Shown in pieces: positions 26,539 to 35,996 of a stretch of 64,000 nt of DNA. Positions within the stretch are counted from its first letter, which is position 1. The number at the start of each line of letters is the position of its first letter. Below the pieces are notes generated by a model, which was not told the origin of the DNA, searched no databases, and was given only the letters and a program-made list of their open reading frames with translations. This DNA is from Rickettsiales bacterium (GTDB lineage: Bacteria > Pseudomonadota > Alphaproteobacteria > Rickettsiales > UBA998). A program made the translations under genes and the position numbers. The stretch covers positions 4,082 through 68,081 of the forward strand of contig JANQNR010000011.1 of the NCBI GenBank assembly GCA_028279475.1, written 5' to 3'.

Positions 26539-28116
26539 ATGGGGTTAAATGCATCGGCGCGGCTGGGGGTACTGTACTTACGTGCCGGCACATCGGCATT
26601 GACCGATACCCTGTTGGAAGAGCCGATTTACCGCCCGGCCTGGCCAGTATCTCCTGACCGAGGGCGCAAAATCATCAAACGTCATTTTGATTTTTGCGGC
26701 GAGAAATTCGAGATGTCCGGCCGCATCAACTGGCATGTACCCGACGTCAGTACCGACTGGCACCGCGCCTTCTTTTCCTATGGCTGGTTACAAGATGTTG
26801 CTGCCATCCATAATGATAAAATTGCCAGTAGCTTCGCCCGTGAGTTCATCAACGGGTTCACCCAAATCAGTAAGATTGACCGGGTACATCCCTGCGCCTG
26901 GGAAACCGAAGTTGCCGGGGAACGCCTTACCCACTGGCTCTACTACCGGCATTTTGTCTTGCATGGCGGCAGTCAGGCCTTTTTTGCCCGCTACCAGCGC
27001 TCCCTGATTCGCCATATTCGATTTTTATATGCGCAGGCATCGACGGAACCGGAAGCGCTGGGGCCAAACGCCATTAAGGGGCTGATTACCGCCGCCTGCG
27101 TCATTCCCTCTTTGCACTGCATGCTGCATGAGGCGTTAGGTTGGCTGGATGACCTGATTGGCCGGGATATTCTGGATGATGGCGGGCATATTTCGCAAAG
27201 CCCCAACCACCATTTTGCTTTCCTCAAAACCCTGATCGAGATTCAGGAATTACTGGAATCCTGCCATATCGAATATGACCCACTCACCGATACCATTGCC
27301 CGCATGGGCGTCATGCTGCAAACCTTTTGTCATGGCGACGGGCGATTGGCGCTGTTCAACGATAATCTGATGGAAGACGCTGCCGTGATTGCCCGCGCAG
27401 TTGAACATGCCGGCGGCCCCTTTGAGCCACAGCTTCACGCCGAAGATACCGGCTATGCCCATCTCCAGGCTGGCAATGTCTGCACCATGCTTCGCCTGTG
27501 CTCCTCGCGTGATTCGCATCCGCCACTGGGCATGGCATCGCTTGAATGTTCGGATGGCGCGGAACGTATATTCGTCAACTGCGGCACCTATATCGGTTCC
27601 AGCCAGCAATGGCGTGACGCGATCCGTCAATCATCGGCGTTCTCAACGCTCTGCGCCGATACGGATGCCGACTCACCGGCAAGTGGTGAGATAAAACAAA
27701 CCGTGGAAGAAGAAGCCTCGGAACAAGTGGCCAATCTGCATTATCAACTGCTCAATGAAGTAACACACCACCGACAAATTATACTTTCCTCTGACGGACA
27801 GTTACTCAAAGGAAAGGACGTCATCGACTGGAAGGAAGATCGTCTGAGCGCCGAAGATATCCCGCCACTGACCGCCCGCTTCCACCTCCATCCGGACATT
27901 CGCTGCCAGCCTCAGAAAGGTGGGGACTACCTGCTAAAAACCGTCAGCGGTGTGCAATGGCTGTTTTCTTGTAGCCTTCCTCAGGAAGTCCGCATTGAAG
28001 AAAGCGTCTATCTCGGCTATTATGGCAAACCTCAAAAAACCCTGCAACTGGCGGTGCGAGTCCCTATTAACGAGATGAACAGCGCCTTGCGCTGGGAAGT
28101 GAAGAAACTCGCATGA
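26539..28116 (+). CDS. heparinase II/III-like family protein
   Basis: Family-level resemblance (WLYYRHF..., GGHISQSPNHHFAFLKTLIEI, RLALFNDN). Its position after rpe is common in alphaproteobacteria (from memory). ATG at 26539 with a GGAGA RBS. The ORF track starts at a TTG at 26521. Confidence 0.65.
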   Translation: MGLNASARLGVLYLRAGTSALTDTLLEEPIYRPAWPVSPDRGRKIIKRHFDFCGEKFEMSGRINWHVPDVSTDWHRAFFSYGWLQDVAAIHNDKIASSFAREFINGFTQISKIDRVHPCAWETEVAGERLTHWLYYRHFVLHGGSQAFFARYQRSLIRHIRFLYAQASTEPEALGPNAIKGLITAACVIPSLHCMLHEALGWLDDLIGRDILDDGGHISQSPNHHFAFLKTLIEIQELLESCHIEYDPLTDTIARMGVMLQTFCHGDGRLALFNDNLMEDAAVIARAVEHAGGPFEPQLHAEDTGYAHLQAGNVCTMLRLCSSRDSHPPLGMASLECSDGAERIFVNCGTYIGSSQQWRDAIRQSSAFSTLCADTDADSPASGEIKQTVEEEASEQVANLHYQLLNEVTHHRQIILSSDGQLLKGKDVIDWKEDRLSAEDIPPLTARFHLHPDIRCQPQKGGDYLLKTVSGVQWLFSCSLPQEVRIEESVYLGYYGKPQKTLQLAVRVPINEMNSALRWEVKKLA

Positions 28117-29891
28117 TGTTTCGCACACGTTTCGCCTTTTTTCTAACGTTTTTGCTGCTTGTTCCTACAATCGTCAACTCGGCACAATCTTTGACCTTGT
28201 TCGGCGAACCGAAATATAAGCCTAGCTTTACCCATTTTGACTATATTAATCCCGAAGCACCTAAAGGAGGAGACGTACGGCTGGCCTACCCGCTTACGTT
28301 TGACAGCCTGAACCCCTTTATTCTGAAGGGGCTGCCTGCCCCCGATATCCGTATTGTCTTTGATACACTGATGACGCAATCTCTTGACGAACCACAAAGC
28401 TATTACCCGCTGGTGGCCAAATCCGCGACCCTGGCCAATGACAAGCGTTCCATGACTTTCATACTGGATGAGCGCGCCCGCTTCCATGACGGCAGCCCGG
28501 TTACCCCAGCTGATATAGTATTTTCCTTCGAGATCCTTAGAGAAAAAGGACATCCGCTCTACCGCCTGCGTTATCAGGATGTGGAGAAAGCCGAAATTAC
28601 CGGCAAGCAGCGTATCACTTTCTCTTTTACCACTGATACCAACCGGGAACTACCCTTCCTCGTTGCGGCACTGCCGGTGCTCTCAAAGTCCTTTTATAAA
28701 GACCGTGAGTTCGATAAAACCTCGCTGGATGCCCCCCTCACCTCCGGCCCGTATTATGTCGCGGCGATGGAACCCGGACGCTCCATCACCTATTCCCGAG
28801 CCGACCATTACTGGGCAAAAGACCTGCCAAGCCGCAAGGGGCAATTCAACTATGATACGATTCGCTATGATGTCTACCGTGACGAAACTGTGGCGCTCGA
28901 AGCCTTCAAAGCCGGTGAATACGATATGCGGGAAGAATATATCGCCCGCAACTGGGCACGTGCCTACAAATTCAATGCCGTGAAGGACGGACGCGTCATT
29001 ATCGACGAAACACCGCATAAAATCCCTCGCGGTATGCAGGCCTTCCTATTCAATCTGCGCAAGGACAAGCTGTCTGACCGGCGGGTACGTGAGGCCATTG
29101 GCCTGACTTTCGACTTTGAATGGATGAACCGCACTCTGTTTTATAATGCGTATGCACGCAATGACAGCTTCTTCCAGAATACGCCGTTTGCTGCCGCTCA
29201 GTTACCGTCCGAAAAAGAGTTGGCACTGCTGGAACCCTACCGCGATGACTTGCCCCCGGCAGCATTTACTGACATCTACCGACCACCGGTGAGCGATGGT
29301 AGCGGCTTTGTCCGTGAGCGTCTGATCCGTGCCGACAAACTGTTGAAAGAGGCCGGCTGGATCATAAGCGATGGCAAACGAGTACATGGGGAAACTGGGC
29401 AAGAGCTAACCATTGAATTTCTGGCGCGCCAGCGCTCGCTGGAACGGCTGGTGATGGCGATGAAACGCAACCTCGACACGCTCGGTATCACAACGACCTA
29501 CCGCACCGTGGATGACTCGCAATACAAGAAACGCTGGGAAACATTTGACTTCGACATTACCACCATTTGGTGGAACCAGGGACTCATCTTCCCCGGACAG
29601 GAGCAAAATAATTTCTGGCATTGCTCGCAAGCCACCATCCAGGGCAGCCTGAACCTTTCCGGCTATTGTTCAAAAGCAGGTGACAAACTGCTACACCGCA
29701 TCACCCATGCTGACAGTTACGACGAACTGCTCCATGCTTCGCGGGCACTGGATCGCATCCTGCTGCATGAGCATGTCGTCATCCCACATTTCTCCATCAG
29801 CCATTTCCGCATGGCATACTGGGATAAATTTGGCATCCCAGCTCAACGCCCTCCCTATGATCGGGGCTTTTACACCTGGTGGATTAGATAG
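28113..29891 (+). CDS. ABC transporter substrate-binding protein, family 5 (YejA-like)
   Basis: Signal peptide and SBP_bac_5-like sequence throughout. No cognate permease or ATPase genes are adjacent. Confidence 0.8.
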   Translation: MMFRTRFAFFLTFLLLVPTIVNSAQSLTLFGEPKYKPSFTHFDYINPEAPKGGDVRLAYPLTFDSLNPFILKGLPAPDIRIVFDTLMTQSLDEPQSYYPLVAKSATLANDKRSMTFILDERARFHDGSPVTPADIVFSFEILREKGHPLYRLRYQDVEKAEITGKQRITFSFTTDTNRELPFLVAALPVLSKSFYKDREFDKTSLDAPLTSGPYYVAAMEPGRSITYSRADHYWAKDLPSRKGQFNYDTIRYDVYRDETVALEAFKAGEYDMREEYIARNWARAYKFNAVKDGRVIIDETPHKIPRGMQAFLFNLRKDKLSDRRVREAIGLTFDFEWMNRTLFYNAYARNDSFFQNTPFAAAQLPSEKELALLEPYRDDLPPAAFTDIYRPPVSDGSGFVRERLIRADKLLKEAGWIISDGKRVHGETGQELTIEFLARQRSLERLVMAMKRNLDTLGITTTYRTVDDSQYKKRWETFDFDITTIWWNQGLIFPGQEQNNFWHCSQATIQGSLNLSGYCSKAGDKLLHRITHADSYDELLHASRALDRILLHEHVVIPHFSISHFRMAYWDKFGIPAQRPPYDRGFYTWWIR

Positions 29892-30231
29892 CACTCCACA
29901 AGCTTGATCGCTTGCTGCAAACAAAGGCTTGGCTGCACTTCCGCTACTCATGTATGCTAATACACTCTGTTGCGGTTCTCGCCATCCTTTGTTTTCGCTG
30001 GCGCGCTGAATCTTGTGGATGCACTATCTTAGATCACTCTTATAGTGTTTTCGCTTTTTATTTACGCTAAATGCTTCAAGGTGAGGAGGATTTTAGCGTA
30101 CATGCAGGTACGTGAATCCGACGAATCCGAAGAAGCATGACGCGTAAATGAAAATGGGAAATACTATATCTTGACTTCTGCGCTAATCGCGCTATGACTG
30201 GACTCCGTTTTAACGAATACAAGATATTGTC

Positions 30232-30402
30232 ATGGCAAAGAAAAATACGATATTGGTCAAACTGGAAAGCACCGCAGGCACCGGGTTCTTCTACGTCAAG
30301 AAGCGCAACCCTCGGAAACAGCCGGAAAAACTGAATTTCCGTAAATATGATCCGCGTGTACGCAAGCATGTGGAATTCAAAGAAGTCAAACTGAAGTCAT
30401 AA
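30232..30402 (+). CDS. rpmG: 50S ribosomal protein L33
   Basis: Own translation: [56 protein letters not shown]. Too short for the ORF track. Confidence 0.95.
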   Translation: MAKKNTILVKLESTAGTGFFYVKKRNPRKQPEKLNFRKYDPRVRKHVEFKEVKLKS

Positions 30403-30405
30403 GTC

Positions 30406-30786
30406 ATGTTGATCGCTTCCGCTTTCGCCCAGGATGCCGCTGCCGGTCAGGAACCATCAGCACTAGCGAGTTTCTTGCCACTGATCCTGATTATGGCGAT
30501 TTTTTACCTGCTGATCCTGCGTCCACAGCAAAAGCGCTACAAGCAGCATCAGGCGATGATTAAGGCCGTCAAGAAAGGGGACAAAGTGCTCACCGGCGGC
30601 GGCGTCATCGGTAAAGTGGTCAAAGTGGACGATAAAGAAGAAATCGTACATGTCTCCGTTGCCGATTCGGTCACGGTGCAGGTGGCACGCTCTACACTCT
30701 CCAATGTGTATGATAAAGACGCGACCAAATCCTCCGCCGAAAAACCGAGCAAAAAAGACAAAGCCGCCATCGCGAACGATAATTAA
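30406..30786 (+). CDS. yajC: preprotein translocase subunit YajC
   Basis: LPLILIMAIFYLLILRPQQKRYKQHQAMIKAVKKGDKVLTGGGVIGKV. Confidence 0.9.
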   Translation: MLIASAFAQDAAAGQEPSALASFLPLILIMAIFYLLILRPQQKRYKQHQAMIKAVKKGDKVLTGGGVIGKVVKVDDKEEIVHVSVADSVTVQVARSTLSNVYDKDATKSSAEKPSKKDKAAIANDN

Positions 30787-30834
30787 TCTACCCTTGTTAG
30801 GTACGTTAGGCTCACAACGCATAAAATCTCTCCT

Positions 30835-30860
30835 TGTCATTCTGGACTTGACTCGGAATC
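30835..30860. repeat. partial family-A MITE end
   Basis: GTCATTCTGGACTTGACTCGGAATC resembles the CGTCATTCTGGACAAGC...CCGGAATCC end of the element at 15752-15856. Confidence 0.5.
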
Positions 30861-30882
30861 AACGCGCTATGTATTTAAAATA

Positions 30883-30965
30883 TATAGCAGTTCCTTGACT
30901 TTTTGAATCGGTGGATCACTTAGTTAAAAGAGCATTGTGTCTACTCAAAAAGTCAAACTGCTATA
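30883..30965. mobile_element. MITE-like element, family D (TATAGCAGTT terminal inverted repeats), copy 1
   Basis: TATAGCAGTTCCTTGACTTTTTGA...TCAAAAAGTCAAACTGCTATA, with terminal inverted repeats of roughly 24 bp. A second copy with the same termini lies at 36411-36475. Confidence 0.7.
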
Positions 30966-30974
30966 AAAAACCAT

Positions 30975-31032
30975 TTGTAATCCGGGCGTTCGCTGGAATC
31001 TGGCCAGATGCCGTCATACGACGGCATGGCAA
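30975..31032. repeat. double-hairpin MITE-like repeat, family C, copy 2
   Basis: TTGTAATCCGGGCGTTCGCTGGAATCTGGCCAGATGCCGTCATACGACGGCATGGCAA is the reverse-orientation homologue of 14204-14260. Confidence 0.75.
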
Positions 31033-31257
31033 CTGCACAAAAAACCACCTCTTTTATGACGGTTCCATGAAAAATGCGCGGATTAACGCTTTTTTCAAGA
31101 TTTCGTGATAATAGCTATTCCATCATCCCCTATTTTGTGGTATATATAGTGCAGACGTTTTGCTGGAGCGTAAACGTTTTTTGTATATTTTTCAGTTAGT
31201 AACCATAACCCGTTGGCTTCCCTCAGTGGACGCTGGCACATGTATAAAAGGGGCATC

Positions 31258-31767
31258 ATGACAAAAGAGAAAGAGGTATGTTTTGCAGTCGGACAATCCG
31301 TCGTTTATCCAACCCACGGCGTTGGAGAAATCACCGCCATTGAGACACAGGAGATCGCTGACGTCACGTTAGAGATGTTCGTTATCAACTTTAAACGCGA
31401 GAAAATGACGTTGCGCGTACCGACACACCGGGCGAAAGCCGCTGGCCTGCGCCATATCAGCGATACCATCATCATTGAAAAAGCGATGAAGACACTGACA
31501 GGCCGAGCAAAAGTCTCCCGTGGCATGTGGAGCCGCCGGGCACAGGAATATGAGGCCAAGATCAATTCCGGCAATATTATCCAGATTGCCGAAGTCGTGC
31601 GCGACCTGCATAAAAATGTCGATCAGTCCGAACGCTCTTACAGCGAGCGCATGATTTATGAATCAGCACTGGGCCGCCTGGCCGGTGAAGTCGCTGCTGC
31701 GAGCGAGATTGAGCACCAGCAAGCAACAAGTGATCTGCTGGTCGTACTGCGCAAGCACGCGGCATAA
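31258..31767 (+). CDS. carD: CarD/CdnL family transcriptional regulator
   Basis: ATG at 31258 with an AAAGGGG RBS. FAVGQSVVYPTHGVGEITAIETQEIADVTLEMFVINF...MTLRVP. Confidence 0.9.
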   Translation: MTKEKEVCFAVGQSVVYPTHGVGEITAIETQEIADVTLEMFVINFKREKMTLRVPTHRAKAAGLRHISDTIIIEKAMKTLTGRAKVSRGMWSRRAQEYEAKINSGNIIQIAEVVRDLHKNVDQSERSYSERMIYESALGRLAGEVAAASEIEHQQATSDLLVVLRKHAA

Positions 31768-31783
31768 ATCAGCCCCATTTTGT

Positions 31784-31820
31784 AAAAAACCACGTAGGTA
31801 ATATCCTGCGTGGTTTTTTT
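31784..31820. terminator. bidirectional rho-independent terminator (carD / miaB convergent)
   Basis: A6-CCACGTAGG-TAATAT-CCTGCGTGG-T7. Confidence 0.65.
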
Positions 31821-33183
31821 ATGCGGCTTTCATTGCCACAACCTCACCCTTCATGCTCTTGGCATGGGCTTCGGTCATGCGTACACGCACCAGCTGATTG
31901 GCCATGCCGCCCATACCATCGACATGCACCGACTGCATCCACGGACTGCGGCCAATCATCTGTCCCGGATGCTTTCCAGGACGTTCCAGCAATACCTCGA
32001 CTTCGCGCCCGACACAGGCCGCATTAAATGCCTGCTGCTGACGATTGAGCAACCCTTGCAATAAGGCCAGCCGCTTGGACTTCTCCGCTTCCGGCACCTG
32101 GTCACCCTGCTCCGCCGCTGGTGTTCCGGGGCGTGGCGAGTAGTTGAACGAATAAGCCGACGCGTACCCCACCGTTTCCACCAGCCGCATTGTCGCATGG
32201 AAGTCTTCGTCCGTCTCTCCGGGAAACCCGACAATAAAATCACCCGAAAACGCAATGTCCGGACGCTTGGCACGCAGGCGCTCCAGAATATCAAGGTATT
32301 CCGCCGCCGTATGCTGACGATTCATCGCCTTCAAAACGCGATCCGACCCCGCCTGCACTGGCAAATGCAAATACGGCATCAACTTGGCGATACTACCATG
32401 CGCGTCTATCAGATCATCCTGCATATCACGCGGATGTGACGTCGTGTAACGAATGCGCTCCAGCCCGTGAATGTCAGCCAGCTTAGCAATCAATTCCGCC
32501 AGCGATGCACTACCCCCTGCCCCATTCTCTCCGTGGTAGGCATTGACATTCTGCCCCAGCAGCGTCACTTCCAGCACGCCCTGCTCCTCTACCAGCGCCT
32601 TCACTTCATCCATCACCGCCTGCACCGGCCGGGAATATTCCGCCCCCCGCGTATACGGCACCACGCAAAAGGTACAGAACTTGTCGCACCCTTCCTGCAC
32701 CGACACAAAGGCCGACGCTCCGTTGACACTGCCTGGCGCCGGGAGCAGGTCAAATTTCTGTACCGTAGGGAATTCCAGTTCCACCGACCCGCCTTGCTGC
32801 TTCTGCGCATCGCGCACCAGGCGCGGCAAATGGTGATAGCTTTGCGGACCAAACACCATATCGACATAGGGCGCACGCTTGAGAATCTCTTCGCCCTCGG
32901 CTTGCCCGACACAGCCACCCACGGCAATCAACATCTCGCGTCCTTGCGCAGCACGGCGATCCTTTTCCTGACGCAACCGCCCCAAATCGGAATAGACCTT
33001 CTCTGCCGCCTTCTCACGGATATGGCAGGTATTGAGGATAATCAGATCAGCGTCATCTTGCGAAGGCGTTGCCGTGTAACCATGCGGTCGCAACACATCC
33101 TCCATGCGCTGCGAATCATAGACATTCATCTGACAGCCCCAGGTTTTGATATGCACTTTACGTGGTGATGGTGATTGCGTCAT
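31819..33183 (-). CDS. miaB: tRNA-2-methylthio-N6-dimethylallyladenosine synthase
   Basis: [18 protein letters not shown]...[19 protein letters not shown] (radical SAM) and a TRAM C-terminus. Confidence 0.97.
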   Translation of the reverse strand: MTQSPSPRKVHIKTWGCQMNVYDSQRMEDVLRPHGYTATPSQDDADLIILNTCHIREKAAEKVYSDLGRLRQEKDRRAAQGREMLIAVGGCVGQAEGEEILKRAPYVDMVFGPQSYHHLPRLVRDAQKQQGGSVELEFPTVQKFDLLPAPGSVNGASAFVSVQEGCDKFCTFCVVPYTRGAEYSRPVQAVMDEVKALVEEQGVLEVTLLGQNVNAYHGENGAGGSASLAELIAKLADIHGLERIRYTTSHPRDMQDDLIDAHGSIAKLMPYLHLPVQAGSDRVLKAMNRQHTAAEYLDILERLRAKRPDIAFSGDFIVGFPGETDEDFHATMRLVETVGYASAYSFNYSPRPGTPAAEQGDQVPEAEKSKRLALLQGLLNRQQQAFNAACVGREVEVLLERPGKHPGQMIGRSPWMQSVHVDGMGGMANQLVRVRMTEAHAKSMKGEVVAMKAA

Positions 33184-33246
33184 AGCGCGCAGTTATAGCG
33201 GGAGATGAACCCAGGGACAAGAGTGGAATCTTGTCAGGATTGGAAA

Positions 33247-33283
33247 CAAAAAAAATCACACCCGCCGCACGCGAGGGGTGTGA
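33247..33283 (-). terminator. rho-independent terminator of the 33303-33713 gene
   Basis: The minus strand reads TCACACCCC-loop-GGGTGTGA followed by T8-9. Confidence 0.6.
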
Positions 33284-33302
33284 ATGTAAATCATGATATT
33301 TT

Positions 33303-33713
33303 TTACTTTGGTTTTTCCGGACATGGTTCCGCCTCCTTAAAATCGGCGATGCGGAACCGGGGATTGCCTTGCATCCGATCCTCCATTGTGTTGCCGTGGA
33401 GGACAAACTCTTTCGAGATATGACCCCCGAAGCACTCCTTCAACCTGGTGAAGGCCCCCGGAGCAATGGCCAGTCGGCCACCCCAGAACGGGTCTTTGGG
33501 AACCAGCACCAATGTTTCATCCGGGGCAGGATTCGATAGAACCCCCACCACCTGAATGTGTTCCGAGCGTTTTTCCACCTCCTCCTGAAACTCGGGAGAG
33601 GTAGTGGTAGTAGTTTTCAGATCCAGGATGCTCGCCATGAACAGTCCTAGAATCACGACACCTACAGTCAGGGCTCCAGCCCCAAAAACCAAAGCAATAG
33701 TAGATTTCTTCAT
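33303..33713 (-). CDS. hypothetical membrane-anchored protein (136 aa)
   Basis: ATG at 33713. MKKSTIALVFGAGALTVGVVILGLF is a signal-anchor, followed by a soluble domain. No family recognised. Confidence 0.55.
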   Translation of the reverse strand: MKKSTIALVFGAGALTVGVVILGLFMASILDLKTTTTTSPEFQEEVEKRSEHIQVVGVLSNPAPDETLVLVPKDPFWGGRLAIAPGAFTRLKECFGGHISKEFVLHGNTMEDRMQGNPRFRIADFKEAEPCPEKPK

Positions 33714-33911
33714 GATTTTTTTTACCTTGTATATATCAGCAAAAACATCATGGTCAGCCGCACGCCTTCTTGCCGAAGCAGGGAACGAACGGGAAATACC
33801 GACCATGAGAATGGTCATAAGCTGCTACAAAAGAACAGAAAACGACCTTATCAGTATACCAGACATACCCGGTTCTTACTAATGATTGTTTTATGAAGAT
33901 TACCAACACCC

Positions 33912-34160
33912 CCTCATTCCGGGCGAAGCGTTAGTGTTTGCATATTCCCTCCCCCGCACACAGCACCCGCTTGCGGGGTGCTGTGCAATAAAGAGGCTTG
34001 CGCTTGTCTTCGACGCGCAAGCATGGGGGAGGGTCAGGGTGGGGGCTTTGGCAATCTTGAAAACTTTTCCAACAGCCCCCCTCCTAACCTCCCCCCGCAA
34101 GCGGGGGGAGGAATTATAGGTGGATTCCGGATCACGCTTATCGACTTGTCCGGAATGACG
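33912..34160. mobile_element. composite/nested MITE: family-A ends enclosing a G/C-hairpin-rich insert
   Basis: Left end TCATTCCGGGCGAAGCG. Right end GGATTCCGGATC...CTTGTCCGGAATGACG. The interior (about 33931-34118) has hairpins CACAGCACCC/GGGTGCTGTG, TTGCGC/GCGCAA, CCCTCCCCC/GGGGGAGGG and CCTCCCCCCGC/GCGGGGGGAGG. Confidence 0.75.
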
Positions 34161-34207
34161 CGCATAGCCCTTGACCTGCCGCACATCCTGCCACATGCTG
34201 CGCCCCT

Positions 34208-35032
34208 ATGACGCCTTCTCTCCCTGACCTCATCCGCCAGCACGGGCTGCACGCCAACAAAAAGCTGGGACAGCATTTCCTCACCGACCCGCATTTGCTC
34301 GCGGACATTGTCGCGCAAGCCGGACTGGAAACCGGTACCCATGTCATTGAGATCGGCCCCGGCCCCGGCGGCCTGACCCGCGCGCTGTTGGCCACGGACA
34401 TTGCCGGACTCACCACCGTAGAACTGGATGCACGCTGCCTGCCCATTCTGGAAGAACTGCGCGCCGACGACCCCCGGCTTGAGATCATCCATGGAGATGC
34501 GCTGACCACACGGCTGGATGCACTCTGCCCTGCCCCGCGTGCCGTGGTCGCCAACCTGCCCTACAATGTTGGCACCCGCATCCTGCTGCACTTCCTACGG
34601 CAAATCGCTGAGGCTAAGCAGCCGCCACTAACCGCCATCACCGTCATGCTGCAACAGGAAGTAGCGCAACGGATCACCGCTCCGCCGGGTGGACGTGACT
34701 ATGGACGGCTGTCCGTACTGTGCCAGTGGCTGTGCGAAGTCGATCACCGCCTCGACGTCTCACCGGAGGCCTTCACCCCACCGCCAAAGGTCATGTCGTC
34801 AGTCATTCGGCTGGTACCGCGCCCGACCCCCTACTTCCCGGCGACCTTTAAAGTGTTGGAGTCCTTCCTGACTGCCGCCTTCGGCCAGCGCCGCAAAATG
34901 TTGCGCAAGGCGCTGAAACCCTGGCGCTCCGATGCGGAAAACTGGCTTCAGCAGTGCGGCATCGACCCGACTCGCCGGGCGGAAACGCTCACGCTGGAAG
35001 AGATTGGCCGGTTGGTAGTGATTCCCCATTGA
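34208..35032 (+). CDS. rsmA: 16S rRNA (adenine1518/1519-N6)-dimethyltransferase
   Basis: KKLGQHFLTDPHLLADIV...VIEIGPGPGGLTRALL...ANLPYNVG. Confidence 0.95.
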   Translation: MTPSLPDLIRQHGLHANKKLGQHFLTDPHLLADIVAQAGLETGTHVIEIGPGPGGLTRALLATDIAGLTTVELDARCLPILEELRADDPRLEIIHGDALTTRLDALCPAPRAVVANLPYNVGTRILLHFLRQIAEAKQPPLTAITVMLQQEVAQRITAPPGGRDYGRLSVLCQWLCEVDHRLDVSPEAFTPPPKVMSSVIRLVPRPTPYFPATFKVLESFLTAAFGQRRKMLRKALKPWRSDAENWLQQCGIDPTRRAETLTLEEIGRLVVIPH

Positions 35033-35090
35033 CAGACTTGCCTAAAACGCTATAGTACCTGACTCTTTATAGATACTAGGAAAGAAAGCA

Positions 35091-35678
35091 ATGTTTGCGA
35101 TTATTGAAACAGGCGGAAAACAATACAATGTGAAAAGCGGCAGCCGCATTGCCGTGGAAAAGCTCGATGGCGCTGTGGGCGATCAAATCGTGATTGATCG
35201 TGTCCTTGCTGCAGGAGACAGCATTGGCGCGCCATTACTGGATAAGGCCAAGGTCTCTGCCACGATTGTTGAGCAGGGCAAAGGCGACAAGGTGATTGTC
35301 TTCAAGAAAAAGCGCCGCCAGAATTATCGTCGTAAAAACGGTCATCGTCAGTTTATTACTACGCTGGAAATCAACGATATTGCACTGGATGGCAAGGTGA
35401 AAGCGGCTCCGGCAAAAGCCAAAGCAGCGCCTGCGGCAAAGAAAGCGGCGGAAAAGCCAGCAGCAGAAACGAAAGCAAAGCCGACTACTAAGGCTGCTGA
35501 AGCGAAACCAGCGGCCAAAACAACCGCGAAAAAAGAAGCAACAAAGAAACCTACTGCAAAAACCGCTGAGAAGAAGCCCGCAGCCAAAGCGAGCGCTGCC
35601 AAAAAACCGGCAACTACAGCAAAGAAACCAGCTGCAGCGAAAAAGCCAGCAGCAACCAAGAAGACAACAAAGGAGTAA
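35091..35678 (+). CDS. rplU: 50S ribosomal protein L21 with an Ala/Lys/Pro-rich C-terminal extension of about 90 aa
   Basis: MFAIIETGGKQYNVKSGSRIAVEKL...KKRRQNYRRKNGHRQFITTLEI is the L21 core (about 103 aa). It is followed by AAPAKAKAAPAAKKAAEKPAAETKAKP...KKPAATKKTTKE in the same frame. Confidence 0.9.
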   Translation: MFAIIETGGKQYNVKSGSRIAVEKLDGAVGDQIVIDRVLAAGDSIGAPLLDKAKVSATIVEQGKGDKVIVFKKKRRQNYRRKNGHRQFITTLEINDIALDGKVKAAPAKAKAAPAAKKAAEKPAAETKAKPTTKAAEAKPAAKTTAKKEATKKPTAKTAEKKPAAKASAAKKPATTAKKPAAAKKPAATKKTTKE

Positions 35679-35681
35679 TCC

Positions 35682-35939
35682 ATGGCACATAAGAAAGCAG
35701 GTGGTAGTTCACGTAATGGCCGCGACTCGGCAGGCCGTCGTCTCGGCGTCAAGAAATATGGTGGCGAGCTGGTGATCCCCGGCAATATCCTGGTGCGTCA
35801 GCGTGGCACAAAATTCTATCCTGGCGAGAATGTGGGGATGGGTAAGGATCATACATTGTTTGCTCTGATCAAAGGTAATGTCCAATTTGTGACTAAGCGC
35901 AATAATCGGAAATATGTCTCCGTGGTTGCCGCATCATAA
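35682..35939 (+). CDS. rpmA: 50S ribosomal protein L27
   Basis: [29 protein letters not shown]... Confidence 0.97.
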   Translation: MAHKKAGGSSRNGRDSAGRRLGVKKYGGELVIPGNILVRQRGTKFYPGENVGMGKDHTLFALIKGNVQFVTKRNNRKYVSVVAAS

Positions 35940-35964
35940 GCATCACGGAACGAACCAACAACCG

Positions 35965-35996
35965 AAAGGGAGCTAATTTATTAGTTCCCTTTTTTA
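35965..35996 (+). terminator. rho-independent terminator after rpmA
   Basis: AAAGGGAGCTAA-TTTA-TTAGTTCCCTTT followed by a T run. Overlaps the 3' end of the convergent phhB gene. Confidence 0.55.

Noticed and set aside
30076-30369. A 97-aa minus-strand ORF in the AT-rich region upstream of and over rpmG. Also the 89-aa minus-strand ORF at 52336-52605.
   Set aside because: The first overlaps the unmistakable L33 gene on the opposite strand. The second overlaps the Pho-box-like promoter and the 5' part of the better-supported plus-strand ORF at 52418-52891.
30766-30786. The YajC C-terminus ...AAIANDN* resembles the start of alphaproteobacterial tmRNA tag peptides (ANDN...), hinting at a tmRNA coding piece.
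   Set aside because: The sequence is in frame with and part of a normal yajC ORF. No tRNA-like acceptor/T-arm or resume-codon context is nearby. I take it as coincidence.
33886-34211. ORFs 33886-34119, 33900-34196 and 33978-34211, and similarly 55169-55372 and 37120-37347.
   Set aside because: They are entirely made of MITE or hairpin repeat sequence (peptides such as SPRKRGEE, PSLCYGATS, LRPLGYGGHA). They are artefacts of translating palindromic repeats.
35235-35785. Two long minus-strand ORFs (151 and 145 aa) rich in Cys/Phe/Leu or Ala/Gly/Phe, opposite the rplU tail.
   Set aside because: They are the reverse reading of the GCN/AAR low-complexity repeat that encodes the L21 Ala/Lys/Pro tail. 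Stop codons are absent because of repeat composition, not because the frames are coding.
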